A stretch of 64,000 bases of DNA, taken from assembly GCA_045643205.1 (NCBI GenBank), contig JAZUKI010000003.1:64001-128000 (forward strand), given 5' to 3'. The notes below the pieces were generated by a model. That model did not search any database. It was not told where the DNA came from and saw only the letters and a program-made list of their open reading frames with translations. Positions 30,146 through 39,255 of this stretch are shown piece by piece (the stretch's first letter is position 1; each line of letters opens with the position of its first letter). Position numbers and translations under genes: made by a program. Source of the stretch: Clostridia bacterium. GTDB lineage: Bacteria; Bacillota; Clostridia; TANB77; CAG-508.

Positions 30146-31823
30146 TTTTAAAATCCTCCTTGAAATATGGAATCATGTGTAATTGTTGAGGTTTTAATAT
30201 TTCATCACCAGTAGAAAGAAAACCAAGACATTGAAAGGCTTTTAAAGACTGAGTAAAAAAGTTAGAATCAAACACATAATCATTTTGATAGAAAGTATTA
30301 ACACTTTCAGAAATGTTTCCTTGAGAAGAAATAAAGTTTTTATGAATTACATCATATTTGCTTTCACGCGAACTCTCTGAATAAGTTTTTGAAACTTTCT
30401 TTTTTTCTTCTTTGCCTATTTGTTTCTGCAAATCTTCAATTGTAAAAACATCATCAGTTCTAAAACACAACTTATTAACTAAGTTTTGAATAATTACTTT
30501 GGTAGATGATTGATCTTTTATAGTGTTTAAAATTGAGGTATAGCTTTGTGTAGAAACAATATTAATACATTTAGACTCTCTTGATTGTGAGTAAAAATCA
30601 GCATCGGAAGAGGTAACATATTCTTGATATTCATCTGAAATAAACACACTTGGACGAATAAAATTATTTGTTTTTTTACTTAATTGTTTAAGTACATCAG
30701 TTTGAAAATCTAGTTTTAAATAAGCAGCTATGATTTTTGCTAAGTTTTTATATTCAGCAACATTCATATTTAAAACAACAATTTTTCCTTTATCTAAAAC
30801 ATCATCAAAACCATAAAAATTTTCTTCTTCCTTTGATGGACAGAACGTTTGCTTAACAGTGTAATTAGAAACAAAACAATTTGTAATTCTCGTAATTTCA
30901 GACTTCAGCAAATTATAAGTTCTATCATCAAGCGAAAAATAATCAGAATCTAGAAATTCAAAACTATGATATATTGAATAACATTGACTAGAATCATAAA
31001 TGCCATTGTTAAAGTGAGTTCTAATTAATTCTTTTAAAATTGCATAATAATCTTTATCACAAACAAGCTTATTTATTTCGTAAAAAGTAAAGTAACCATC
31101 ATAGGCAGATCTTAATAAAACAATACAACTTTCTAAAACTTGCTCAACTTTATCAAGCCAATAAGATTCAGTGTTATTTGGAGAAAATAAAAGCATTATT
31201 GTTTTTAATCTATTTGCTAAAACTGAGGCTTTTAAGTCGGGCTTATCTAAAGGATTGTATTTAAATTTTCCACCATATTCAATTACAATAACATCATCCA
31301 ATCGATTAAATGTTTCTGCGAAACTTAGAACTTTAGAATAATAATTACCTTTTACATCAAGAATTAAAAAACTAAGTTTTTCCTTAGAAACATCACTTTT
31401 ATATTGCATTAATTGTTTTGTAAAAGGATACATTGCAGAAGATGTTTTTCCAGAGCCAATGGAACCAATTACTAAAATATTTTGATACATGCTTTTTTCA
31501 GGAATATAAATATTATTATTGTTTAAATCTTTGCCTATAAGTAATCCAAATTCAGGGGCTGTTGAAATACAAGTGTTGTTTTGCGTTTTAAAAATTTTCT
31601 TAATAATGAAGTGTGAGATAAAAAAGTTGGATAGAAAAAGGCTAGAAACAAACAATATTTTTATTATATTCCATAGTTGATTGTTTGCAACACAGAATTT
31701 AATAAACTTAATGTCTGGCAATTGAAAAGAATTGTTTATCAATATATCTTTGAAAAACAACAATAAGAAAAACGAAACAATTAGTGAACAAAATATAGAG
31801 AAAATAAATATAAAAAATTTCAA
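30132..31823 (-). CDS. virD4: VirD4/TraG-like type IV coupling ATPase
   Basis: Two N-terminal TM helices, Walker A GSIGSGKT, LILDVKG, YNPL, Walker B FISDEYQ, STQS; TTG start. Confidence 0.85.
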   Translation of the reverse strand: MKFFIFIFSIFCSLIVSFFLLLFFKDILINNSFQLPDIKFIKFCVANNQLWNIIKILFVSSLFLSNFFISHFIIKKIFKTQNNTCISTAPEFGLLIGKDLNNNNIYIPEKSMYQNILVIGSIGSGKTSSAMYPFTKQLMQYKSDVSKEKLSFLILDVKGNYYSKVLSFAETFNRLDDVIVIEYGGKFKYNPLDKPDLKASVLANRLKTIMLLFSPNNTESYWLDKVEQVLESCIVLLRSAYDGYFTFYEINKLVCDKDYYAILKELIRTHFNNGIYDSSQCYSIYHSFEFLDSDYFSLDDRTYNLLKSEITRITNCFVSNYTVKQTFCPSKEEENFYGFDDVLDKGKIVVLNMNVAEYKNLAKIIAAYLKLDFQTDVLKQLSKKTNNFIRPSVFISDEYQEYVTSSDADFYSQSRESKCINIVSTQSYTSILNTIKDQSSTKVIIQNLVNKLCFRTDDVFTIEDLQKQIGKEEKKKVSKTYSESSRESKYDVIHKNFISSQGNISESVNTFYQNDYVFDSNFFTQSLKAFQCLGFLSTGDEILKPQQLHMIPYFKEDFKNEKT

Positions 31824-31824
31824 T

Positions 31825-31900
31825 TATGAACCTTCTTTGTTGAGATTTAAATTTAATAAAAATTATGAATCTTCTTTGCTGAGTTTTAGTTTTAATTTTG
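31825..31900. repeat. Imperfect direct repeat, about 39-bp period, upstream of virD4
   Basis: ATTATGAACCTTCTTTGTTGAGATTTAAATTTAA versus ATTATGAATCTTCTTTGCTGAGTTTTAGTTTTAA. Confidence 0.6.
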
Positions 31901-32033
31901 AACCTTGAAGATTGTGACATAGTTTAGTTTGAATTAAATAATAAAGAGAAAATAAACAAATAAGTAGATTTAAGATTAAAACTATAAAAAATAAAATGAT
32001 AAAAATAAGAAATCACCTCTTCCAATAATGCGC

Positions 32034-32062
32034 ATTATAGTTAGAGTTTTGGGTTTTGTCTA
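32034..32062 (-). promoter_or_regulatory. sigma-A promoter of the virD4 operon
   Basis: TAGACA-N17-TATAAT on the minus strand, followed by SD GAGGTGA. Confidence 0.65.
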
Positions 32063-32189
32063 GACTTTTAATATAAAATGTGTTACTATTTGTAAGTCAA
32101 CAAAATACAATGTTCGACAGGATATTAAATAATAAATTATAATAATAAATATAAATTGTTTTTTAAACAAATTAGACAAGGAGAAAAGA

Positions 32190-32387
32190 ATGGAAGAATT
32201 TAAAATAACTAAAGATACACAAATACATGAAATTCTAGAACATGCTCCAGAAAAAGCACAAATATTATTAGATGTAGGAATGCATTGTTTAGAATGTCCT
32301 GTTTCTGCATACGAAACATTAGAAGAAGCTTGCATGGTTCATTACGTTGATGTAGATGAAGTCGTAGAAGCTTTAAACAAAAAATAA
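32190..32387 (+). CDS. DUF1858-domain protein
   Basis: ITKDT.I.EI...P......GMHCLECP....ETLEEAC.VH..D. Confidence 0.88.
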   Translation: MEEFKITKDTQIHEILEHAPEKAQILLDVGMHCLECPVSAYETLEEACMVHYVDVDEVVEALNKK

Positions 32388-32509
32388 GCAATATAAAAAG
32401 TAAATAAAAACAATGAACAGTAATAATAAAAGATAAAAGCAAAAAAATAAAAGTCAGGAATTATTGAAATGCCCATATTTGTGGTTACCTCAATAATTCC
32501 CTGACTTTT

Positions 32510-33232
32510 TTATTTATCCCATCCACCTGAAACATTAATTATTTGACCTGTTATATAATCACATTTTTCCAACATCTCAACAACGTTTGCAACATCTACA
32601 GGAGTTCCAATTCTTCCAAGAGGAATCTCTTCTTCAATAAATGCTTGTTTTTCCTCATCATCTAATCTAGCGTTCATGTCTGTATCAATTAATCCAGGAG
32701 CAATGCTATTAACTCTAATATTTGATAAACCGAATTCTTTGGCAAGAGATTTAGTTAATCCATCAATACCTGCTTTGCTAACTGAATAGATAGATTCACA
32801 AGATGCACCTGATTGTCCAAAAATAGAAGAAACATTAATTATATTTCCGAATTTTTGATTAATCATATATTTAGAAACATCTCTACAAGCCCATATATAA
32901 GAATATAAATTCGTTTTTAGCAATGAATCAATTTCTTCATTTGAGTAATCTTGAATAGGTGAGAACATATCTACACCTGCATTATTTACTAACAAATCAA
33001 TTCTTCCAAATTTCTCAAAAGTCCAATCGATTAAAGCTTTAACTTGATCAGCTTGAGAAACATCTATTTTATAAATAAAAATATTATTATGCGATTCAGC
33101 TATAGCTTTAGCGCTTTCTTCTGAATTGTTATAGCATAAAACAACATTATAGTTTAAGCTAGAAAGCTTTCTACAAATTTCAGCACCAATTCCTCTTGAA
33201 CCACCAGTAACAATAGATACTTTTTGTTCCAT
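32510..33232 (-). CDS. SDR oxidoreductase (FabG/YmfI-like)
   Basis: TGGSRGIG, LVNNAG, YSVSK, VNSIAPG. Confidence 0.88.
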   Translation of the reverse strand: MEQKVSIVTGGSRGIGAEICRKLSSLNYNVVLCYNNSEESAKAIAESHNNIFIYKIDVSQADQVKALIDWTFEKFGRIDLLVNNAGVDMFSPIQDYSNEEIDSLLKTNLYSYIWACRDVSKYMINQKFGNIINVSSIFGQSGASCESIYSVSKAGIDGLTKSLAKEFGLSNIRVNSIAPGLIDTDMNARLDDEEKQAFIEEEIPLGRIGTPVDVANVVEMLEKCDYITGQIINVSGGWDK

Positions 33233-33356
33233 ACAATCTCCTTAATTTTATAAAATTAAACACAATAGAATTATAACACATTAGTAGAACTAAAAAAAGA
33301 CAAAAGAAAAAAGCCTAAAAGCAATAGCAAATCTAAAGCTTAGAGACCTTTAAAAA

Positions 33357-33432
33357 TGGAGCCACTTGTCCGACTTGAACGGACGACCTACTGATTACAG
33401 GTCAGTTGCTCTACCAACTGAGCTAAAGTGGC
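33357..33432 (-). tRNA. tRNA-Thr(UGU)
   Basis: GCCACTT/AAGTGGC acceptor stem, ACTGA-CC-TGT-AA-TCAGT anticodon arm, encoded CCA. Confidence 0.9.
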
Positions 33433-33437
33433 AAATA

Positions 33438-33512
33438 TGGTGACCCCGACGGGAGTCGAACCCATCACTCCGCCGTGAAAGGGCGATGTCTTAACCGATT
33501 GACCACGGGGCC
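33438..33512 (-). tRNA. tRNA-Glu(UUC)
   Basis: TCGCC-CT-TTC-AC-GGCGG anticodon arm, GGTTCGACTCC, encoded CCA. Confidence 0.95.
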
Positions 33513-33518
33513 AAAAAA

Positions 33519-33594
33519 TGGTGAGCCATCGGGGAATCGAACCCCGGACAACTTGATTAAAAGTCAAGTGCTCTACCAACTGAGCTAATGACTC
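33519..33594 (-). tRNA. tRNA-Lys(UUU)
   Basis: CTTGA-CT-TTT-AA-TCAAG anticodon arm, encoded CCA. Confidence 0.95.
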
Positions 33595-33800
33595 ATGTTG
33601 TACCCACCTTATGTTTCGCGTTGCGAACGATTAATATTGTACTATATTATAGCATTATTGTCAACTATTTTAAACAAAAATATTAATAAATAATTAATAT
33701 TTTTTAATGTGATAAAGTGTTGTAATTTAGAGACATGTAAGAAAATGTGCTCTCTTCAGATAGACTTAGACTAATTTATGATATAATAAATATATAGGAG

Positions 33801-34352
33801 ATGATTAATGTGGTTGGAAATTATATTATAGTGCATGGTAGTTTTGGTTCTTGTGATGGAAACTGGTTTCCATGGTTAAAACAAAAATTAGAAAGTAAAA
33901 AATTGATTGTTGATGTACCACAAATGCCAGTTGGAGTTGGCAATCAAAATTATGAAAATTGGGAAAAAGAATTTAATAAATTAACAATAAATGAAAATAC
34001 AACAATAATTGCACATTCTATTGCACCTATATTTGTATGTAAATATTTAATAAAAAACAAATTGAAAGTGAAAAAATTAATTTTTGTCTGTGGATTTAAT
34101 AACTATTTAGGAATAGATAAAGATTTTGATTCAGTAAATAAACCTATGTTTATAGATAATTATTATGATGTGAAGAACTATTGTAATAATATAATTTGCT
34201 ATTATTCAGATAATGATCCATATGTAAAGTTTGAAGTAGAAAAAGAATTTGCTGATTCTATAGCTAAAAAGCAATACATTGTTAATGACGGTGGTCACAT
34301 AAATGCTGAAAGTGGTTATACGAGTTTTGAACAAATTCTAGAAGAAATTTAG
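33801..34352 (+). CDS. RBBP9/YdeN-family alpha/beta hydrolase
   Basis: IIVHG...NWFPWLK, AHSIA nucleophile elbow, SDNDPYV, GGHIN. Confidence 0.88.
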   Translation: MINVVGNYIIVHGSFGSCDGNWFPWLKQKLESKKLIVDVPQMPVGVGNQNYENWEKEFNKLTINENTTIIAHSIAPIFVCKYLIKNKLKVKKLIFVCGFNNYLGIDKDFDSVNKPMFIDNYYDVKNYCNNIICYYSDNDPYVKFEVEKEFADSIAKKQYIVNDGGHINAESGYTSFEQILEEI

Positions 34353-34590
34353 GTAAGAATTAGGTAAGAAAAAAAGAAAATTAGATACATTTAAATACAG
34401 TTATATACTGTTAAATACCGAATTATAAAGCAATACACAGGGAAATACAGGCATATAAAGCGATAAATGTGAATCCCCTGAAGAGAGCATACAAGTTAAA
34501 ATATAAATATAAATAAAAACAAAAGCCATGTTTTGACAACATGGCTTTTAAAAACTTAATATAAAATCTATTAACTTGTCAATTTACTAA

Positions 34591-35055
34591 TTAATTCATA
34601 TCATCTTGAGCTGCATATTTTCCAAAACCAAGGATTCTTGGAATATACTTAATTGTTTTATAAAAAGCTAATTTAACTTTCTTAATAAAAATATAAGAAG
34701 GGCTTAATTTATAAGAAACAACTACTTGTTGTTCTGGAATAACAGCTAAAGCTTTTTCACAAGGTTTAACTTCAAAGTTAAAGTTTTGTCCAAATTTATT
34801 ATCCCAATCACCATTACCACTCATAAAACATAAGTGTAATTCATCGGTTCCAACAATTTGAAACTTAGCTTGAAAACCAAGTTCTGTTTTTTCCATTTCA
34901 ATTTCAGTAAGATCATGCCATTCGTTACCAAAGCCATAATGCAATGTAACTTTTTCATCACCTCTCTGAAAGAAATAACCCATATATGAAATTTTAACAG
35001 TATCATTTTCAACTAACTTATCTGTGTTGAAAAAAATATTTGGTTCTAATTCCAT
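34591..35055 (-). CDS. CBM53-type carbohydrate (starch)-binding protein
   Basis: ISYMG.......VTLHYGFG..W, CF....WDN..GQNF.F. Confidence 0.75.
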   Translation of the reverse strand: MELEPNIFFNTDKLVENDTVKISYMGYFFQRGDEKVTLHYGFGNEWHDLTEIEMEKTELGFQAKFQIVGTDELHLCFMSGNGDWDNKFGQNFNFEVKPCEKALAVIPEQQVVVSYKLSPSYIFIKKVKLAFYKTIKYIPRILGFGKYAAQDDMN

Positions 35056-35174
35056 TCTGCCATCTCTCCTACAATAATTATAAACAAATTATAAGTTAAC
35101 TGGTAATTTATAGCAAGTAAAAGAAGTTAAATGACATTGAAATGTAAAAGTCATGTAACACTTATGAAATTTAA

Positions 35175-35777
35175 CTAGAAAACAATAAATTTATTTTCTT
35201 TAGGATTATTTATACCAAGAATTTTGCCAACAATAAAATAATTATCATCATTATCTAAAACAATATCTTCAATAGATTCATTATCAGCTCTTAAAACAAT
35301 ATCATGTTTACGAACGATAAATTTTCTAACAATTAGTGAATTATTATAGTTAAATAATCCAATATCTTTATTTGATAAAGGAGCGTTTTCTTCAATGTAC
35401 ATTATTGTTCCAGTAGGAATCTTGCTCTCCATGTTTTTATCAAAAGATTTAATAGCAAAAGATGCATTGTAAAAAGCTTTAGGGCATTTAGAAAAACCTT
35501 TAATTGAAGAGAAAACAGGAATAGAATTGTAATTTATATGGGATGGCGCATCATAGTGTTTTTGCTCTTCATCTAATTCAAATTCGAATGCACGCATAAT
35601 TGGTTGATAAGGAATTTTTAAAGCATTGCAAATTGAAATTAGAGCTTTTAAACTAGGATTTCTTTCACCTTTTTCAATATGAGTCAAATGGCCAACGTTA
35701 ATCCCAGTAAGGTCAGAAAGTGTTGTTTTAGACATCTTTTTATCTTTTCTAATTTGTTCTAATAAAGCACCAATCAT
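35175..35777 (-). CDS. XRE HTH plus degenerate S24 peptidase-fold transcriptional regulator
   Basis: HTH_3 (HLTHIEKGERNPSL); C-terminal LexA-like fold (FAIK...NME..I..G, VLRADN, IVGKI). Confidence 0.8.
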   Translation of the reverse strand: MIGALLEQIRKDKKMSKTTLSDLTGINVGHLTHIEKGERNPSLKALISICNALKIPYQPIMRAFEFELDEEQKHYDAPSHINYNSIPVFSSIKGFSKCPKAFYNASFAIKSFDKNMESKIPTGTIMYIEENAPLSNKDIGLFNYNNSLIVRKFIVRKHDIVLRADNESIEDIVLDNDDNYFIVGKILGINNPKENKFIVF

Positions 35778-35926
35778 ACTATCTCCTTAAAATTAAATAA
35801 AATTTAAACTTAAATAAAATTATAATATTGGTTACTTAAAAAGTCTAGTAAAAAGTTTTTATATATGTTAATATTTTAGTGATTTAAGCAGTGGAGACAA
35901 ATTGTTTTTATAGAAAGGAAAAAATA

Positions 35927-36436
35927 ATGGAAGACGATAAAAACAAAAAAAGAGAAGATTATTTAAAATGGGATGAATACTTTATGGCAATAGCAAAGTT
36001 ATCATCAATGAGAAGTAAAGATCCATCAACACAAGTTGGAGCATGCATAGTTGCAAAAGATAACAGAATATTATCAATAGGATATAACGGCGCACCAAAT
36101 GGATATGATGATAATGAATTTCCATGGGGAAGAGATGGCGAAGAATTAGAAACAAAATATCCATACGTTTGTCATGCCGAACTTAATGCGATTTTAAACT
36201 ATAGAGGAAACAAAAGAGAATTAGAAAGTAGTACTTTATATGTAACATTATTTCCATGTAATGAATGCGCTAAAATAGTAATTCAATCAGGTATAAAGAA
36301 CATTGTTTACTTATCTGCGAAATATGCAGACTCAGCAAATAATATAGCTGCAAGAAAATTATTTGATGCATGTGGCGTAAAATATGAGCAATTGAACACC
36401 GAAGGAATGAGAGACATTGAAATTAATTTAAAATAA
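35927..36436 (+). CDS. dCMP deaminase (ComEB family)
   Basis: WDEYFM, RSKDPSTQVGAC, HAELNA, FPCNEC; ATG at 35927 after GAAAGG. Confidence 0.92.
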   Translation: MEDDKNKKREDYLKWDEYFMAIAKLSSMRSKDPSTQVGACIVAKDNRILSIGYNGAPNGYDDNEFPWGRDGEELETKYPYVCHAELNAILNYRGNKRELESSTLYVTLFPCNECAKIVIQSGIKNIVYLSAKYADSANNIAARKLFDACGVKYEQLNTEGMRDIEINLK

Positions 36437-36441
36437 ATTTA

Positions 36442-36470
36442 TTGACACTTTGAAAAAAGCGTTGTATAAT
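36442..36470 (+). promoter_or_regulatory. sigma-A promoter of tRNA-Lys
   Basis: TTGACA-N17-TATAAT. Confidence 0.75.
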
Positions 36471-36517
36471 AGCAAAGTGCAAAGGAAAAAGATTTATACT
36501 TTGCTATTATACTTTAT

Positions 36518-36593
36518 GGGTGACTAGCTCAGTTGGTAGAGCAGCTGACTCTTAATCAGAAGGTCCGGGGTTCGATCCCCCGGTCGCCCACCA
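36518..36593 (+). tRNA. tRNA-Lys(CUU)
   Basis: GCTGA-CT-CTT-AA-TCAGA anticodon arm, GGTTCGATCCC, encoded CCA, followed by a hairpin terminator. Confidence 0.95.
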
Positions 36594-36731
36594 TAAAAGA
36601 GAGTAGAATTTCTACTCTCTCTTTTTTTGTTTTATAAGAAACAAAAAATCTTCTTTATAAGAAATAAAATTATTTTTTTATAAGTAATAAAAAAAGACTC
36701 CACAATGTGAAGTCTTGAATATTAAAATCAA

Positions 36732-37010
36732 TTATTTATGATTTACAACATCCTTTAAAGCTTTTCCAGCTTTGAATACTGGAACTTTCTTTGCAGGGAT
36801 TTTCATTTCAGCACCAGTTTGAGGATTTCTTCCTTTTCTAGCACTTCTCTTTTTAACATCGAATGATCCAAATCCAACTAATTGAACTTTATCACCTTTC
36901 TTTAATGCTACGCTGATTGAATCAACCATAGCGTCTAATGCTGCTTCAGCAGCTTTCTTGCTAGAGCCAGTTTTCTTAGCCATAGCTTCTACTAATTCAG
37001 ATTTATTCAT
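36732..37010 (-). CDS. hup: HU DNA-binding protein
   Basis: [33 protein letters not shown]. Confidence 0.96.
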   Translation of the reverse strand: MNKSELVEAMAKKTGSSKKAAEAALDAMVDSISVALKKGDKVQLVGFGSFDVKKRSARKGRNPQTGAEMKIPAKKVPVFKAGKALKDVVNHK

Positions 37011-37393
37011 AACAAACCTCCTAATTAAAATCTAAATTTTTGCTATCTTTTGTATACGCTTAATTTAGCAAAATTTAAGGCTGTTGTCAAGCGAAAGTTA
37101 CCATTTTTAAGGTCTACAGCGATTTTTTACAATTATGTAACCTAAAAACGTTGAAAAATAAGGCTTTTTCAATGAAAAAACACGAAACCTTGAAAGTATT
37201 GCAAAATAAAGCATTGGAGATACAGTAAAAAAGTAAAATACAAAAACAAGTAAAAAATCAATGGAAAAATTTGAGAAAAAAATACCAAAAATCAAATCAA
37301 ATTTTACAATTATATTTCATTTAATAATCTACAGTTTACTATACAATAATATTATTGATAGAATTAGTATGATTAAAACGGAGGATAAAAAAC

Positions 37394-38863
37394 ATGAAAA
37401 CAAAAGTAAAAATATTAGCAACAATATTTGTAATATTGTTAGCTACCTTACTAATGTCTACAAGTTCATTAGGAGCGGTTAGTATTATTTTACCTATGCA
37501 ACTCATAAATGGAAGAGGAACAATAGTAGTAAGTGGTAACACAGAGAATGATAAAATATATTATCAATCTATAGTAATGACAGATGAACAATATCAAAAA
37601 TTAAATTCATATATAGAAAGAATTCAAACAGAACAGAACGATTTTACAGCTAAATTTGATGCAAAAAACAGAATATATACAGAATTAGCAAAAAAAGTAA
37701 ATAATCAAACTGCAACGCAAGAAGAAATAAATCTAGCAAGAGAATTATATACAGAATTACTTGAAATGAAAGAAGAACAGGAAGAAGAACAAAAAAAATT
37801 AATAAGCAACCTAGAGGCATTCTATCCTAGATATAATAATGATAATTGGATTGAAGCTGTAGATGGTAAAGTAGAAATAACAAACAAAACAGCTGAAGAC
37901 AAATATTATGTTTTATGGGCAAAAGTTGGAGACACTGTAGATAAGCTAGTTTATAAAGTTAGCGCAATGGCAGATCCAGAAATTCCAAAGAAAGACATAA
38001 AAGTTGAAGTTGGAAAAACATTAGAATTAACAGGAATTGAAGGAACAGATTTATCAACAATTACTTGGACAAGTGATGATCCAACAATAGCAACAATTAC
38101 AAATAATAAAGTAAATGGATTAAAAATTGGAGCTACAATAATTAGAGGAAAGAAAGATGGAAAAGAAGTAATAGATATTTATGTTACAGTTAAATCAGAA
38201 AATTCAACAAAACCAACAACAGATATTCCTGATGATGCAAAAACATATAATGGACATACATATTATTATTTCTCAGGAAATAAATCTTGGGATGATGCAA
38301 AAGCATACTGTGAAAAAATTGGTGGACACTTAGTTACAATTACAACAAAAGATGAATCAGATTTTATAAAAACATTAAACAGCACACATAAAGCATGGAT
38401 TGGTGGATATAGAACAAGTGGAACATCAACAGATTGGAAATGGGTAACAAACGAAGCTTGGAATTATACAGATTGGAATACAAATGAACCAAGTAGTAAA
38501 TCAAATGAAAACAGAGCAGTAGTACTTCCTACAAAATGGGGAGCTTTAAATAATAATAGTACAGAAGTAGCTGGCTTTATTTGCGAATGGGATGAAGCAA
38601 AATCAGATGATGGAGGAAAGAGTGGATCAAATCAAACAGATCCAAAAAATCAAGATCCAGAAAATCAAAAACCAAATGAAGAAGTAATCTATTCACAAAA
38701 AGGAACTAGCCAAACAACTCCAAAATCAACAAGTGGTGATCAATCAATAGCAAATAAAAAGATTCCACAAACAGGTGAGAGCATGGTAGCAATCATTGCT
38801 TTAGTTGCAGTTGCAGGAGTATCAGTTATTATATTTGTAAACTACAGAAAAAATAATAAATAG
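37394..38863 (+). CDS. Sortase-anchored surface protein with coiled coil, Ig-like (Big_2) and C-type lectin domains
   Basis: Signal peptide; TWTSDDPTIATI (Big_2); SWDDAKAYCEKIGGHLVTI...WIGG...FICEW (CTLD); IPQTG, TM helix and basic tail. Confidence 0.82.
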   Translation: MKTKVKILATIFVILLATLLMSTSSLGAVSIILPMQLINGRGTIVVSGNTENDKIYYQSIVMTDEQYQKLNSYIERIQTEQNDFTAKFDAKNRIYTELAKKVNNQTATQEEINLARELYTELLEMKEEQEEEQKKLISNLEAFYPRYNNDNWIEAVDGKVEITNKTAEDKYYVLWAKVGDTVDKLVYKVSAMADPEIPKKDIKVEVGKTLELTGIEGTDLSTITWTSDDPTIATITNNKVNGLKIGATIIRGKKDGKEVIDIYVTVKSENSTKPTTDIPDDAKTYNGHTYYYFSGNKSWDDAKAYCEKIGGHLVTITTKDESDFIKTLNSTHKAWIGGYRTSGTSTDWKWVTNEAWNYTDWNTNEPSSKSNENRAVVLPTKWGALNNNSTEVAGFICEWDEAKSDDGGKSGSNQTDPKNQDPENQKPNEEVIYSQKGTSQTTPKSTSGDQSIANKKIPQTGESMVAIIALVAVAGVSVIIFVNYRKNNK

Positions 38864-38878
38864 ACAAAAGATTTACAA

Positions 38879-38969
38879 AAAACAAAAGAACAAATAACTA
38901 TAAGAACTAAAGATTTTAAAAAGATAAAACAAAAGAATAAATAACCATAATCACTAAAGATTTAAAAAA
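38879..38969. repeat. Two-copy imperfect direct repeat (47-bp period)
   Basis: AAAACAAAAGAA(C/T)AAATAAC(T/C)ATAA..ACTAAAGATTT appears twice. Confidence 0.55.
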
Positions 38970-39255
38970 CTAAAGACGATAAAAATAGAAATACAAAAGA
39001 TTATGAAAAATTGAGTAAGTTGCAAAACTTACTCAATTTTTTATTACTTATAAAATTCCGGCTAAGAGAGGGATATTTGTTGCGTTTATAATCTTTTGTG
39101 TTATACTTGGCATAGCATTATGTGTTATAGTTTCTAACTTGTGAAAGAGTTGATATTATTGAATTAATTAAAGAAAGATGTTATAATGACAAGGCATGTA
39201 TTTTTAATAAATTGCTAGAAAAATACAAATAGCACGAATTAATAGGAGAAGAAAA

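Noticed and set aside
20534-31823. Interpreting the T4SS genes as an intact ICE or conjugative transposon
   Set aside because: The genes are split by gyrA and the primosome genes, and no relaxase, integrase or terminal repeats are visible. A relaxase elsewhere in the genome cannot be excluded.
33388-33579. 63-aa ORF in the track
   Set aside because: It lies entirely over three tRNA genes.
35175-35777. Prophage repressor marking a prophage
   Set aside because: There are no phage structural, integrase or replication genes around it.
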